Of a stretch of 24,194 nucleotides of DNA, positions 8,357 through 18,112 are shown in pieces. Within the stretch, counting starts at the first letter, position 1; the number at the start of each line of letters is the position of its first letter. The stretch covers positions 1 through 24,194 of IMG/VR virus record IMGVR_UViG_3300048672_000736; one strand, written 5' to 3'. The notes below the pieces were generated by a model that searched no databases, was not told where the DNA came from, and saw only the letters and a list, made by a program, of their open reading frames with translations. The position numbers and the translations under genes are program-made. This DNA comes from a virus. Lineage: Duplodnaviria; Caudoviricetes.

Positions 8357-9562
8357 TTATTTTACTTTGTTCATCAAATCTTTGATTCTACTAAATTCAG
8401 TGTTGTTATAAACAGTTGTTTCATTTAGCATATTTGATGATGAACTAGACAATTTTTTTGTTACTGTATTTTCAACAACTTGTTTGTTATTAAATTCATT
8501 GAAAATTTTATTATAAATATCTTCAGATTCATTAATAGTCTTAACAGATTCAAATTTTTTCAAAATTTCTTTTTTCTCTGCTTTTGTTGTTGTACATTCA
8601 GTAAACAATTTTGTTGCATAAGCTAAGTTTACATTCAAGATTGCAAACTCATGCAATTTCTTTTTCAAATCAGTTAATTGAGTTTCATTCTTTTCATTAA
8701 TTTCTTTCAATGAATTAATCGCTTCAATATATGATTTGTTTTGTTCAGTTAAAGTTTCAACTTGTTCTTGCAATTTACCATTACCATCGGCATCATAAAT
8801 TGTTTTACTTTCTAAACCGCCATTATAACCATTTGCAATAGTTCTTGCTGATTCTTCAACTTCTTCTTCTTTTGGTTCTTCTGATTTTTCAGATTCTTTC
8901 ATTTCATCTTCAGTTTCTTGTAAATCAGTTGATTGTTTTTCTTCTTCTTTTTCACCCATTTTTGGGTCAATTACAAATTCAGTACCTTTTTCTGTTTCGG
9001 TTGGTGTATCCATAAATTCATCTACCATTTTTTCATCATTTTCGTCATCTTCAAAACCAAAATCATCTTCATCTTCGTCACCATCTTCTTCATCACTGAA
9101 AGTAATTACGTATTCGTTTTCACCATCACTGAATTCAATTTTGTTGTCTTTCTTTACAATAATTTTGTCAGAATCTTTTAATTTTTTGAAAACAGAAACA
9201 ACATCTTCTTTTGAAGCACCTGTCATATCAACTGGATTTTCTTCGTCTGAACTATCATCTTCTGGTTCATCATTAAATTCATCTTTATCTTCGATGTCAT
9301 CTGATGACTTTTCTATTTCTGTACTGTCATCATCTTCTATATTTTTTTCATCAGAATCATCATTTTTTTCAGTATCAATTTTTGAAACTTCATCTTCTTC
9401 TGATTTTTCTGATTCAATGTTGTTCATAGTTGTATTTTCTTCAGTTAAAATTTTTTCGATTGTTTTTTTAACTGTTTGTTCTACAATCCCTTTTGTATTT
9501 TTTTCCATCATTTCATTCAACTGTGAAGCTGATAATAATGCGTTTTCTAACGAACTTTTCAT
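8357..9562 (-). CDS. prohead core scaffolding protein (gp22-like position)
   Basis: Very acidic, low-complexity centre, coiled-coil C-terminus, many L/I-x-E motifs; lies between the protease and the capsid gene. Confidence 0.8.
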   Translation of the reverse strand: MKSSLENALLSASQLNEMMEKNTKGIVEQTVKKTIEKILTEENTTMNNIESEKSEEDEVSKIDTEKNDDSDEKNIEDDDSTEIEKSSDDIEDKDEFNDEPEDDSSDEENPVDMTGASKEDVVSVFKKLKDSDKIIVKKDNKIEFSDGENEYVITFSDEEDGDEDEDDFGFEDDENDEKMVDEFMDTPTETEKGTEFVIDPKMGEKEEEKQSTDLQETEDEMKESEKSEEPKEEEVEESARTIANGYNGGLESKTIYDADGNGKLQEQVETLTEQNKSYIEAINSLKEINEKNETQLTDLKKKLHEFAILNVNLAYATKLFTECTTTKAEKKEILKKFESVKTINESEDIYNKIFNEFNNKQVVENTVTKKLSSSSSNMLNETTVYNNTEFSRIKDLMNKVK

Positions 9563-9580
9563 TAATCAAATCTTTTTACA

Positions 9581-9588
9581 ATAAATAT
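9581..9588 (-). promoter_or_regulatory. candidate late promoter ATATTTAT
   Basis: 18 nt upstream of the scaffold ATG; the same octamer recurs upstream of other structural genes. Confidence 0.5.
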
Positions 9589-9608
9589 TGTGATAAATAA
9601 TAAAAAGA

Positions 9609-10319
9609 TTAATTTTTAAAAAAATTGTTAAACTTTTTTAATGAATTAATAACTTTTTCTTTTGAATCTTGATTATTTTCTTCTTTTTCAGTTTTTATTT
9701 TTGATTCTTTATGTGCATTTTTATCATCAAGGTCATGAAAAAGGTATGCCCCCGGTGTTGATGGCGATGCAACAACATCATAACATATTAATTCAAAGTC
9801 ATCTTGAACTAAATTTTTACCATTGATTCTTTTCAATGTACCAATGCCACGTGATGAAATACCTAAAGTGACTTTATGTGAAAGATAATGTGCAACTAAA
9901 TCACCTTTAGAAGAAATGATACCAGAATCTTTCCAACCTTTAGTTGTAAGAATTTTTAATTTACCAAGAAGGGTATTACCTTCCCACCAAGTTTCTGTTA
10001 TATAAGCGCAACCTCTATCCAAATCAATATTTGAAGTTGGTGGGTGGTTTAATTCGCAAAGTGAAGCATTTTTTGATATTAAATCCTGAAATTTTTTATC
10101 TTCTCTTTTTAAAAGATGTTCAGGGTATATACGACCATTTTTATTTGGTGTATCAAACTTTTGTAGAATTGCATAAATATAAAAGTCATCATTTTCATCT
10201 TTTTCAAAACCTTCTTTCAATAAACTGTTTTGTTTGATTTGATGACTTATATATCCCGGTGTATCTATTATTATTCCTCGACCTAATTCATTCTCAGCTA
10301 ATATTTTTAATTTTTCCAT
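9609..10319 (-). CDS. gp21: prohead core protease, T4 gp21-like
   Basis: NKNGRIYP, ELNHP (His), LGISSRGIG (Ser), YDVVASPSTPGAY (Asp) motifs. Confidence 0.93.
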   Translation of the reverse strand: MEKLKILAENELGRGIIIDTPGYISHQIKQNSLLKEGFEKDENDDFYIYAILQKFDTPNKNGRIYPEHLLKREDKKFQDLISKNASLCELNHPPTSNIDLDRGCAYITETWWEGNTLLGKLKILTTKGWKDSGIISSKGDLVAHYLSHKVTLGISSRGIGTLKRINGKNLVQDDFELICYDVVASPSTPGAYLFHDLDDKNAHKESKIKTEKEENNQDSKEKVINSLKKFNNFFKN

Positions 10320-10325
10320 ATTTTA

Positions 10326-10351
10326 ATAAATATTATTTTTATAATAAATAT
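10326..10351 (-). promoter_or_regulatory. tandem candidate late promoters ATATTTAT
   Basis: Two copies (10326-10333, 10344-10351) in the short gap upstream of the protease gene. Confidence 0.5.
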
Positions 10352-10770
10352 TAATTTTTGGTTAAATGGAAATTAAAAATATTTTTATTTATAATTAAAT
10401 CAATTAATTTCAAAGTCATATTATCAATGAAATCATTAACATTTTTTTCTTTGATATTACATTTTTCTTTTGTGAATAAAGTTATTTCAATTGACATGAA
10501 TGAGTTCTTATTTTTCTTAACGCCTTTGGTTCTTAAATCAAAATCAATAATTGATTCTTTCATGAAGAAATCATTTTCATTTTCATAGATATTTTTTTTC
10601 AAATCATTTTTTAATCTATTAATTATTTTAAAAAAATCATCATCATTTTTGGGTTCAACCCAACTTTCAAGTTTTATGAATATTGATTTTAATGTGACAA
10701 AATCAACTGTCCCATAACTTCGTCTAATATTATTAATATTATTCAAACATACATTTTTTCCTGCTTTCAT
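10351..10770 (-). CDS. hypothetical protein (139 aa) within the head cluster
   Basis: Clean ATG ORF, alpha/beta pattern (YGTVD, IIDFDLR, SFMSIEITLF), with its own promoter. Confidence 0.75.
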   Translation of the reverse strand: MKAGKNVCLNNINNIRRSYGTVDFVTLKSIFIKLESWVEPKNDDDFFKIINRLKNDLKKNIYENENDFFMKESIIDFDLRTKGVKKNKNSFMSIEITLFTKEKCNIKEKNVNDFIDNMTLKLIDLIINKNIFNFHLTKN

Positions 10771-10792
10771 ATAAAAAATTAAATTTTATTTT

Positions 10793-10824
10793 GAAATTTA
10801 TGAAAAAATTATATAAAAAACAAA
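10793..10824 (-). promoter_or_regulatory. near-consensus Bacteroidota-type promoter
   Basis: Sense strand reads TTTG, 20-nt spacer, TAAATTTC (one mismatch to TAnnTTTG), 22 nt upstream of the ATG at 10770. Confidence 0.5.
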
Positions 10825-10849
10825 ATCCCCCAGATTTTCCGGGGGATTT
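10823..10849 (-). terminator. hairpin repeat copy 4 (diverged), terminator after the portal operon
   Basis: AAATCCCCC-AGATTTTCC-GGGGGATTT immediately after the stop at 10852. Confidence 0.75.
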
Positions 10850-10851
10850 CA

Positions 10852-11547
10852 CTACAAATCATTTTTTAATTCTAATAATCTACAATAATTAATGTCACTA
10901 CAATCTAAACTCTCAATGTTACTAATAGTTTCATTAATAATATCATTACTTTCACTTTCATTCAATGATTGCAATACGCTTGATTTTAAATCATTGAATT
11001 TTTCATTTAATGTGCCATTAAGTTTGCATTCAATAACTTGATTGAAAATATTTTTTTCATCCTCACTCAAACGTATATTAAATTCTGTGTTAAATGAAGC
11101 TAATAACGAAGCCTTTAAAATGTTCTCATCAATTGATGTTAATTCCTCTTCTTCATTTTTTTCACATAAGTGCATTATCAATTTTCTTTTAACCTCAGTT
11201 ATTTGTTTAACATTATCCAATGTAATATCATTCTCAACAATAAAATCAATTAAAATATCAATTGAATCTACATTATCAAAATCTTCTAATATAGTTTCAG
11301 TTTTTTTATTTATTGAAATTAAATTATCTGTATTTGGTTTTAATTTAACCATCTCTTCTAAAAAAATCTTTGCACTTAATTCATCATCAAATTTTGTTGT
11401 TGATAATTTATTGTAAAATTTATAGAAACTTGATATATCTTTTTCTTTCAATAAATTAACAATATCTTTCTTATCTTCCGATTCATTTAAAATCTTATTT
11501 GATAATGTTTTTATGTAATTATTTTTTATTTGACTAAACTTTTTCAT
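10852..11547 (-). CDS. putative prohead core/internal protein
   Basis: Acidic helical protein between portal and protease (T4 gp67/68 position) with repeated L/I-x-E motifs. Confidence 0.55.
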   Translation of the reverse strand: MKKFSQIKNNYIKTLSNKILNESEDKKDIVNLLKEKDISSFYKFYNKLSTTKFDDELSAKIFLEEMVKLKPNTDNLISINKKTETILEDFDNVDSIDILIDFIVENDITLDNVKQITEVKRKLIMHLCEKNEEEELTSIDENILKASLLASFNTEFNIRLSEDEKNIFNQVIECKLNGTLNEKFNDLKSSVLQSLNESESNDIINETISNIESLDCSDINYCRLLELKNDL

Positions 11548-13301
11548 TCTTTTATTAAATTGTTTATATTGTTATAATTTTCTTTTGCTTTCTTTAATGA
11601 AAATAAATCTTTTAAATCCTCATTTTCATTTATTAAGATTGGATTATATGTTTCAGATATTGCTTCCGGCTGTTCTGGTGTCGGTTCAGGTGATGAACTT
11701 GTTTGTGGTTCAATTTCACCCATTGCATCAGGTATTTTCGCATCAATTTTTTCACGTTCTTCTTCTGGAATACCAAATTTAGCATCAACATTATCAAACA
11801 CTCTTGTTCTTCTAATGATATTTTGTGTATTCATTAATTCAACACCGATTGCACGTTCTAATCTTTGTTGTTCCAAATCCATAATAATTTCATTATCTGA
11901 CATATTAAGAATATTCTTTTTAGCCCATGTATGTGAAACTGGTAAAATACCTAATTGACTTTGGTCAGATGTAGCATCTTTATATAAAATGATTTTTTCT
12001 TTCCATTGTTCAATTTTTAATAAATCAGATTGTGTTGATGGATTGTTTAAACCTAAAGTAAAATTATCTAATTCATCATCTAAACCTAAAATTTTTAAAT
12101 GTATTGATGCAATTCTATTCAATTCTTGAATCATAGATTTTTGAATTCGATTAATAGTTCTTGCAAACCTTACATCTAACATTGATAAGTTTTTACCATC
12201 ACCAACAGTTTCTTCAAAACCTAAAAATGCCTTTGGAATACGTAATGCTGATAATAATTTTTTCTGAATATATTCAATATCTTGTATTTGTCCCAAGTTT
12301 TGTGCGCCCGGTAATGTATCAATTGGGTTTGGTGCATTCATATCTCGAACTGGTATGAAAAAATCTTGGTCAACAGCCATTTGATTGTATCTCATATCAA
12401 CATTACCAGTTTGTTTATCTACAATGCTATCACGTTTAAATTTTGAAGCAACACGTTGAACATAAGCGTCAATATCTTTATCATCCATGTTACCAACAAA
12501 AACCTTAAAAACACGTCTTTCTGGCGCACGAGATGTTCTATAAATCAACATCGCATCTTCAGCTAACAATAATTGTTTCCAAATTCTACGAACCTTATCC
12601 AACATTGATGTACCATAAGGTAGTTTTCTATCATCACCCAATAACCTAAAATGCGCAATTTCCCATGAAACCATTTCAAGATTATGATTTCTCCATAAGA
12701 ATTTTGTTTCATCATTATGAAGATTATCAGCATTAATATTTAATGGATTACCATTTTCTTTTCGTTCAATTTCAATATTTGGCAATTGTTTACAACCAAC
12801 AACACCATATTCATCATCCAATTTTAAATACACAAAGTTTTCACCATATTTACAAACATTTCTTGTCCACATTGGCAAAACTGTGTCAACCATAATAACT
12901 TTATTAAAAAGATGTGATAAAATTGATTTTACTCTTGGAGATTCTGAATAAATTGTCAACATTTCACCTTTTTCAGAAATTGTTGTTGATTCTTCTGCAT
13001 AAATATCTAATGATGCCGAAATTTCCGGGGTAAATTCCATACTTTCAAAATCATAATAAGCAGATAATCTATTTGGTTCATAATAAATTGATTGATTATA
13101 TAATGAATTCTCAATCTTCTTCCATTTATCATGAAGAAATTCCGTTTGTTGTGCTTGTAATAAATTTTTATTAAAATCTTCTGGACTTGTAGATTTTCTT
13201 AATAATTCATCTTTATTTATTCTATAAGTTGGCGTATCAGGATGATAATTAGCATAACCAAATGATTTTGTTAATTTTTGCCAAACTGTTAAATTATCCA
13301 T
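11544..13301 (-). CDS. gp20: portal protein, T4 gp20-like
   Basis: PEISASLDIYAEE, QLLLAEDAMLIYRTSRAPERRVFKVFVGNM, DFFIPVR, IDTLPGAQNLGQIQDIEY.QKKL..ALRIP motifs. Confidence 0.95.
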   Translation of the reverse strand: MDNLTVWQKLTKSFGYANYHPDTPTYRINKDELLRKSTSPEDFNKNLLQAQQTEFLHDKWKKIENSLYNQSIYYEPNRLSAYYDFESMEFTPEISASLDIYAEESTTISEKGEMLTIYSESPRVKSILSHLFNKVIMVDTVLPMWTRNVCKYGENFVYLKLDDEYGVVGCKQLPNIEIERKENGNPLNINADNLHNDETKFLWRNHNLEMVSWEIAHFRLLGDDRKLPYGTSMLDKVRRIWKQLLLAEDAMLIYRTSRAPERRVFKVFVGNMDDKDIDAYVQRVASKFKRDSIVDKQTGNVDMRYNQMAVDQDFFIPVRDMNAPNPIDTLPGAQNLGQIQDIEYIQKKLLSALRIPKAFLGFEETVGDGKNLSMLDVRFARTINRIQKSMIQELNRIASIHLKILGLDDELDNFTLGLNNPSTQSDLLKIEQWKEKIILYKDATSDQSQLGILPVSHTWAKKNILNMSDNEIIMDLEQQRLERAIGVELMNTQNIIRRTRVFDNVDAKFGIPEEEREKIDAKIPDAMGEIEPQTSSSPEPTPEQPEAISETYNPILINENEDLKDLFSLKKAKENYNNINNLIKE

Positions 13302-16300
13302 TATTTATTAAATTTATTATATCCAAATAACCAACTATATTCTTTATATTGTTGAGGTGTATGTTGATTATTTGTATTAACACCAAATCCCATATTTGAT
13401 AATGAATCAAAATTGTTTGGTGTTGAATGTATTATTGAATCAATAGATGTTGTGTTTTCATAAACTGTCCATGATTCTATTAAAGCTTTAGTTGATTCTT
13501 CAGCTTTTTTTAATTGTTTAAATGAATTATCACCAACATATATTGCCATTGCTAGTGCCATAATACTATCATCATGCGCACCTTTCAAATGGTTAGGTCT
13601 ACCATTAATATATACAAATGTATTTAATTCATTAACCAAACGTAAAGACTTAACATCAAAACCTTCACGGATAGCCTCTTCAAAACTACTAATAATATGA
13701 CTTCTTTTATTATTGAATTGCAATCCCGGTGTTTTATCTTCCATTTTAGGGTTATATTCCCATTTATTTAATGTATTATAACCTTCAATATATAAATTCT
13801 TATAACCCAATTCTTGAAGCTTCTCAACCGTAGAAACGCCCATACCACCAGTAATATCTACAACAATAAATGCTGAATAATCTAAACCGAATTTATATGT
13901 CAATTCACCCAATTCATTTGGTTTTATTTTACCAACAAATTCAACAACTTGTTTTCTTTCTTCAAAATCAATAATTGTGAATGATGAAAAATCTTCTGAA
14001 TCACCACGTGATACGTCAACACCCATTATATATTTATGACCAGCTTTTGGTGTTTCCCAAATCCATATTGTCCCATTCATTAACTTTCTTTCAGGTTCAA
14101 CAACATTGTTTTTTAATAATTTTTGTATTGTTTCACCATCAATTACAGTATCCCCTGACCCAAGAAAGTCACAATTATGTGATAATATATCATTGGTATA
14201 ATATCTATGGTTTTCCCCGGAATTTATTACATCATATAATTTTTTCGGGGTTTCATTATAAATCTTATTGGTGATTTTAAATGTTTTATTATCCTTAAAT
14301 AAAATAACATCATCAATCTCAATTTCATCTAGTGTTTTTTCACCATTACTTGTATAAATAATGTGATTATAACTACCTTCAAGATGTTTGTCATTTTCTA
14401 ATTCAATTTTAATGGTTTTATTTTCAGTAATTCTAATCCCATCAAAATCAACAAACCCACTATCGGATAAAACTTGATAATTTTTATTTAAATTTTCAAT
14501 TTTTATCTTCTTAACTTTACCATTCTTTTTATCTTTTACTGTAACAATGGTATCACCAACAACACATTCAATCTCTTGGGCTATTTTTTTTCTATCAAAC
14601 TTAAATTTCTTGGCCATATTCTCAAACCAACTTGAATATGGTTTATAACCAGATTTGATTAACCCCGGGAATTTATAACGTTCATGTTCAATTTTAACAA
14701 CCTCATCTTCATTATAATCTTTTTTATTTAACATATAATGAACAATATCCTTACATTTAATCCATTTTAAATCACTTGCATATCTTGGGTCATTATACCA
14801 ATATAAATTCGTTATTTTAAAGTTATTTAAACCTCTTAACGCTTGGTCATATACACCATAATATATTGGGTCAAAACCATTTGGTGTTTGATGACCTAAT
14901 ATTCCATTATATGTTACTGAATGTGCAAATAAATCCTTTTTATTATTTGGTAAAGAAAAATCGTAAGTATAATCTTCAGTTGAAAATATACTTCTAATGT
15001 TTGACCAAAAACTATTTTCATATAACATGTGTGTGAAAATATATTCATAGTCAATACCAAGGTCTAAACGTAAATTATAACAATATTTTATTATTTTTGA
15101 GAATATAACTCTATTTACTTTTGTATTTTTACGTTTACGAACAATTTCATAAATTAAAAATAAAATTCTCGGGTCAAAATTTTGAATATGTTTTACCTTT
15201 TGATATATCTTTCTTATAATTGATACTGTATCATGAATATAATCAGATATGAAAAAGACACCTTTTCTGATTTTAATTGCCCATGTAAATATTGAATGAT
15301 AAGGTAATTTATGTGTTAATAGAAATTTCTTAGTGTGATATTTAGTTAAAAATAATGAATATTTAGTGTTGAATTTCGCTTTATGTTTAAATGTAAATTT
15401 CTCATCACTTAAAACTGAATGTTTAGATACAGTCATTAAATAACCTAAATTACCCATGATACATCTAAGTTGTGTCATCATGTTTTCATTATACATTTCA
15501 ACATAAACCTTTCTACGTTTCATTTTGGCGTTGGCATATATTGCCTTAACCATCGATACAGTAGCATTTTTAGATAATGATAATAGTTTAATTGGAAATT
15601 CACGTTTATCAAACCATTTCGATATATCAAGTTTTATGAAATCTAAAACACGTTGTAAGTTTTTTGATTTAATATAAACTTTATTATCTTCAAAATAATA
15701 ATCTTTAATATTTAATTTTTCAAAAACTTCTGATATTTCATGTTTTGTATTTATTCTAATATAATCTTTATCATATTCACCATAGAATAGAATTAAACCT
15801 AATAGATAAGCTAATGCTTTATTAATTTTAGTTGGTTTAAATTCATCATCTTTATAATAGGCAATATCTTCCAATGAATCATCATCCCCAAATATTTGTT
15901 GATTATAAAATGTTAATAATTTATCACTAACATTTAAATCTTTTGCTTCTTTCCAACCATAACTTTTAGTTTTTTTATCAAAACACCATAATTTATGATT
16001 ATCAGTTACTTTAATTGTTGCAGTTGTTGTTGTTATTTTACGTAATTTATGTTTACCATTGTTCATCATTAGATTTGATGAACGTAATTTTCCATTACCT
16101 AAAATATTATATCTATCAACAGTATAAGCTTCACCAATTTTAAAAGAATCATCAATAAAATGTTCTATTTTTCTTAATCCTTTATCAGTTGTAACAACAG
16201 TATCTTTGGTTGCACACGAAATAACAATAACTTTACCACCAGTTGACAATGATGCCATTGATGCTGTCCAGAAATCTTCCCCTGCTTCAATATAAGCGGC

Positions 16301-16786
16301 CTCATCAAATATTAACATTGTTGGTGTATAACCACGTAATGCGTCTTTTGTTGATGCAACAGCTTTAACCTCAGAACCATTTTTTAATTTATATCTACTT
16401 TCTGAGTTTTTACCTTCATCATAACCAACATTTAACCATTCAGGCCATTGGTCAAGAAATCCACGAATTTTATTCGCCATCTCAACTGATGTATCTTTCT
16501 TATTGGCAATAATTAATATACGTTCTGGTTGGTCTTTACTTGCCAATTGAAGTTTTTTTGAAATCCATCCAGCAGTAACAGTTGTAACACCAGCTTGTCT
16601 ATATTTATTCGTTATATTTTCATTGTAATTTTCATAATCTTCAATTAATTTTAATTGGTCATCGAAAAGTTCCAATGGAACAAAAGTTTTTTTGGTGTTA
16701 TCATAAGTTTTCAAATACGTTCTTAAAGCATAAGGTGTATCTGTTATTATTTTTGCGACTTCTTGATATAATTTAGTTTTGTCCAT
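13301..16786 (-). CDS. terL: terminase large subunit, T4 gp17-like, with two inteins
   Basis: Walker A-like KYRQAGVTT, Walker B LIFDEAA, coupling motif S|TPNG, nuclease MGVDVSRG and HDDSIMA. ATG at 16786 is preferred over the TTG at 16813. Predicted spliced product is 587 aa. Confidence 0.95.
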   Translation of the reverse strand: MDKTKLYQEVAKIITDTPYALRTYLKTYDNTKKTFVPLELFDDQLKLIEDYENYNENITNKYRQAGVTTVTAGWISKKLQLASKDQPERILIIANKKDTSVEMANKIRGFLDQWPEWLNVGYDEGKNSESRYKLKNGSEVKAVASTKDALRGYTPTMLIFDEAAYIEAGEDFWTASMASLSTGGKVIVISCATKDTVVTTDKGLRKIEHFIDDSFKIGEAYTVDRYNILGNGKLRSSNLMMNNGKHKLRKITTTTATIKVTDNHKLWCFDKKTKSYGWKEAKDLNVSDKLLTFYNQQIFGDDDSLEDIAYYKDDEFKPTKINKALAYLLGLILFYGEYDKDYIRINTKHEISEVFEKLNIKDYYFEDNKVYIKSKNLQRVLDFIKLDISKWFDKREFPIKLLSLSKNATVSMVKAIYANAKMKRRKVYVEMYNENMMTQLRCIMGNLGYLMTVSKHSVLSDEKFTFKHKAKFNTKYSLFLTKYHTKKFLLTHKLPYHSIFTWAIKIRKGVFFISDYIHDTVSIIRKIYQKVKHIQNFDPRILFLIYEIVRKRKNTKVNRVIFSKIIKYCYNLRLDLGIDYEYIFTHMLYENSFWSNIRSIFSTEDYTYDFSLPNNKKDLFAHSVTYNGILGHQTPNGFDPIYYGVYDQALRGLNNFKITNLYWYNDPRYASDLKWIKCKDIVHYMLNKKDYNEDEVVKIEHERYKFPGLIKSGYKPYSSWFENMAKKFKFDRKKIAQEIECVVGDTIVTVKDKKNGKVKKIKIENLNKNYQVLSDSGFVDFDGIRITENKTIKIELENDKHLEGSYNHIIYTSNGEKTLDEIEIDDVILFKDNKTFKITNKIYNETPKKLYDVINSGENHRYYTNDILSHNCDFLGSGDTVIDGETIQKLLKNNVVEPERKLMNGTIWIWETPKAGHKYIMGVDVSRGDSEDFSSFTIIDFEERKQVVEFVGKIKPNELGELTYKFGLDYSAFIVVDITGGMGVSTVEKLQELGYKNLYIEGYNTLNKWEYNPKMEDKTPGLQFNNKRSHIISSFEEAIREGFDVKSLRLVNELNTFVYINGRPNHLKGAHDDSIMALAMAIYVGDNSFKQLKKAEESTKALIESWTVYENTTSIDSIIHSTPNNFDSLSNMGFGVNTNNQHTPQQYKEYSWLFGYNKFNK
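14174..14566 (-). mobile_element. mini-intein (131 aa) in terminase
   Basis: Starts CVVGDT, block B GSYNH, block F LYDV, ends ILSHN|C; removal restores QEIE-CDFLGSG. Confidence 0.9.
14888..16216 (-). mobile_element. intein (443 aa) with degenerate LAGLIDADG endonuclease and C-terminal Gln
   Basis: Starts CATKDT, block B VTDNH, LAYLLGLILFYG motif, block F YTYDF, ends NGILGHQ|T; removal restores VIVIS-TPNG. Confidence 0.9.
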
Positions 16787-16790
16787 AATA

Positions 16791-16798
16791 ATAAATAT
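16791..16798 (-). promoter_or_regulatory. candidate late promoter ATATTTAT
   Basis: 4 nt upstream of the terminase ATG; an ATATTTAA variant lies just upstream. Confidence 0.4.
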
Positions 16799-16856
16799 AT
16801 TAAATATGGTCAAAAAAGATATATTTGGTTATTGGTTTATTAATATAGGGACATAA

Positions 16857-16885
16857 AAAAACCCCCGAAAATTTCGGGGGTTTTT
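16857..16885 (-). terminator. hairpin repeat copy 5, intrinsic terminator
   Basis: AAAAACCCCCGAAAATTTCGGGGGTTTTT right after the stop at 16890; long T tract on the - strand. Confidence 0.85.
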
Positions 16886-16889
16886 AAAG

Positions 16890-18083
16890 TTAAATGTAAT
16901 CTGGAATATCTTTTTCTCTTAATCGCTTCATTGTTTTTTCAAAAATAAATTCTAATGCTTTATTTTCTGGGTTAACAGATTTTTCAATCGTTTCAATGAA
17001 TACATCCGCAGGTAATTGAACTAAATCCATAAAAACTTCGGTTGTATTAAATATTAATTCATCAGGAAATTGTGAATAAATATTTGTCCAAATTTGTGGA
17101 CCAATTCTCAACGCCCAAATTTCATTTTCCAATGTATCACATTCATCAATAACCTTCATTGTTATTTCTCTATCTTTTGATTGTCCATGATACATTGCAA
17201 TCATTTCAAATATACCTTTAACAATCTCATGACACATAATTGGTGTAATCATCGCTTGAACTTCAATACCTGTTCTACCAACCTCTTCTTCTTCAACTTC
17301 TTCAATTTCACCCTTTTCATTAATCTCTTGAAATTTTACCTTATTAACTTCAGGTAATTTAATAGTGTTTTTACCACTAACACATCCTTGATTATCTGGT
17401 GAAACAAAAGCTTGTTCTAATGATGGTGTTAATTCCCATAAAACAATATCTGATGAAACCATGTGATTATGATATAATTCAATAATTTCATCATTTTTAA
17501 CAATTTCTTTCAATTCATCTTGAATAAGATAAAATAAATACTCACCTTTACATGCAATACCTTGAATTAAAGCATTGATTAAATGACGTTTATTTATCTC
17601 ATTCTTTAATGTTACTGAATTTACAGTGTTTTGATAAATGATAGGTTCACCACCATTTTCATCATCATCATCATCATCGTTGTAATTATTTCCATTCAAT
17701 CTTTGACTTTCACCTCTTTTCTTAACATTTTTTGAAGCAAAATTATCCATTGATGGCATTTCTAATGAAGCATCAACATAAACATCGTCATCAGAAACAT
17801 TATAATGTTCCATGATGAACTCACTAACAAATCTAATTAACTCATCTGAATATGGCTGTTCAATTCGTCTGGCAATGAAAAGAGTCTGACCTTGAATTTG
17901 CATTGCATAAGATAAATCGAATTGGAAATTTGGGATAAACTTCGTTGCAGTTTCCTTCAATACTTCCCATCTTTGAAGCGCAATAGCTTCCAGTCCATTT
18001 TTACCATCAATTTCAGAAAAGTTTATACCATTAATTTGATATAAATCTTTCTTTTCTTTAATTTGTTTTAAAATCTTTTCCAT
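16890..18083 (-). CDS. acidic hypothetical protein (397 aa)
   Basis: Long ORF with conserved-looking blocks KRHLINALIQG, PIMCHEIVKGIFE, DTLENEIWALRIGPQIW and a poly-Asp linker. Confidence 0.8.
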   Translation of the reverse strand: MEKILKQIKEKKDLYQINGINFSEIDGKNGLEAIALQRWEVLKETATKFIPNFQFDLSYAMQIQGQTLFIARRIEQPYSDELIRFVSEFIMEHYNVSDDDVYVDASLEMPSMDNFASKNVKKRGESQRLNGNNYNDDDDDDENGGEPIIYQNTVNSVTLKNEINKRHLINALIQGIACKGEYLFYLIQDELKEIVKNDEIIELYHNHMVSSDIVLWELTPSLEQAFVSPDNQGCVSGKNTIKLPEVNKVKFQEINEKGEIEEVEEEEVGRTGIEVQAMITPIMCHEIVKGIFEMIAMYHGQSKDREITMKVIDECDTLENEIWALRIGPQIWTNIYSQFPDELIFNTTEVFMDLVQLPADVFIETIEKSVNPENKALEFIFEKTMKRLREKDIPDYI

Positions 18084-18112
18084 TTTTTTTGTTGTTAAAT
18101 TAAACTTTTTTA

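Noticed and set aside
8933-9584. + strand ORFs 8933-9181 and 9141-9584 (Ser/Phe-rich)
   Set aside because: Antisense shadows of the Glu/Asp/Lys-rich scaffold gene.
10031-14274. + strand ORFs at 10031, 10358, 11042, 11585, 12161 and 13981
   Set aside because: They lie antisense within well-supported genes and show no motifs or expression signals.
16787-16813. TTG start of terminase at 16813
   Set aside because: The extension (TIFNIFII) is AT-rich leader containing the candidate promoter motif; the ATG at 16786 is more plausible.
17659-17678. (TCA)n microsatellite as a contingency locus
   Set aside because: An in-frame triplet encoding a poly-Asp linker; slippage would not change the frame.
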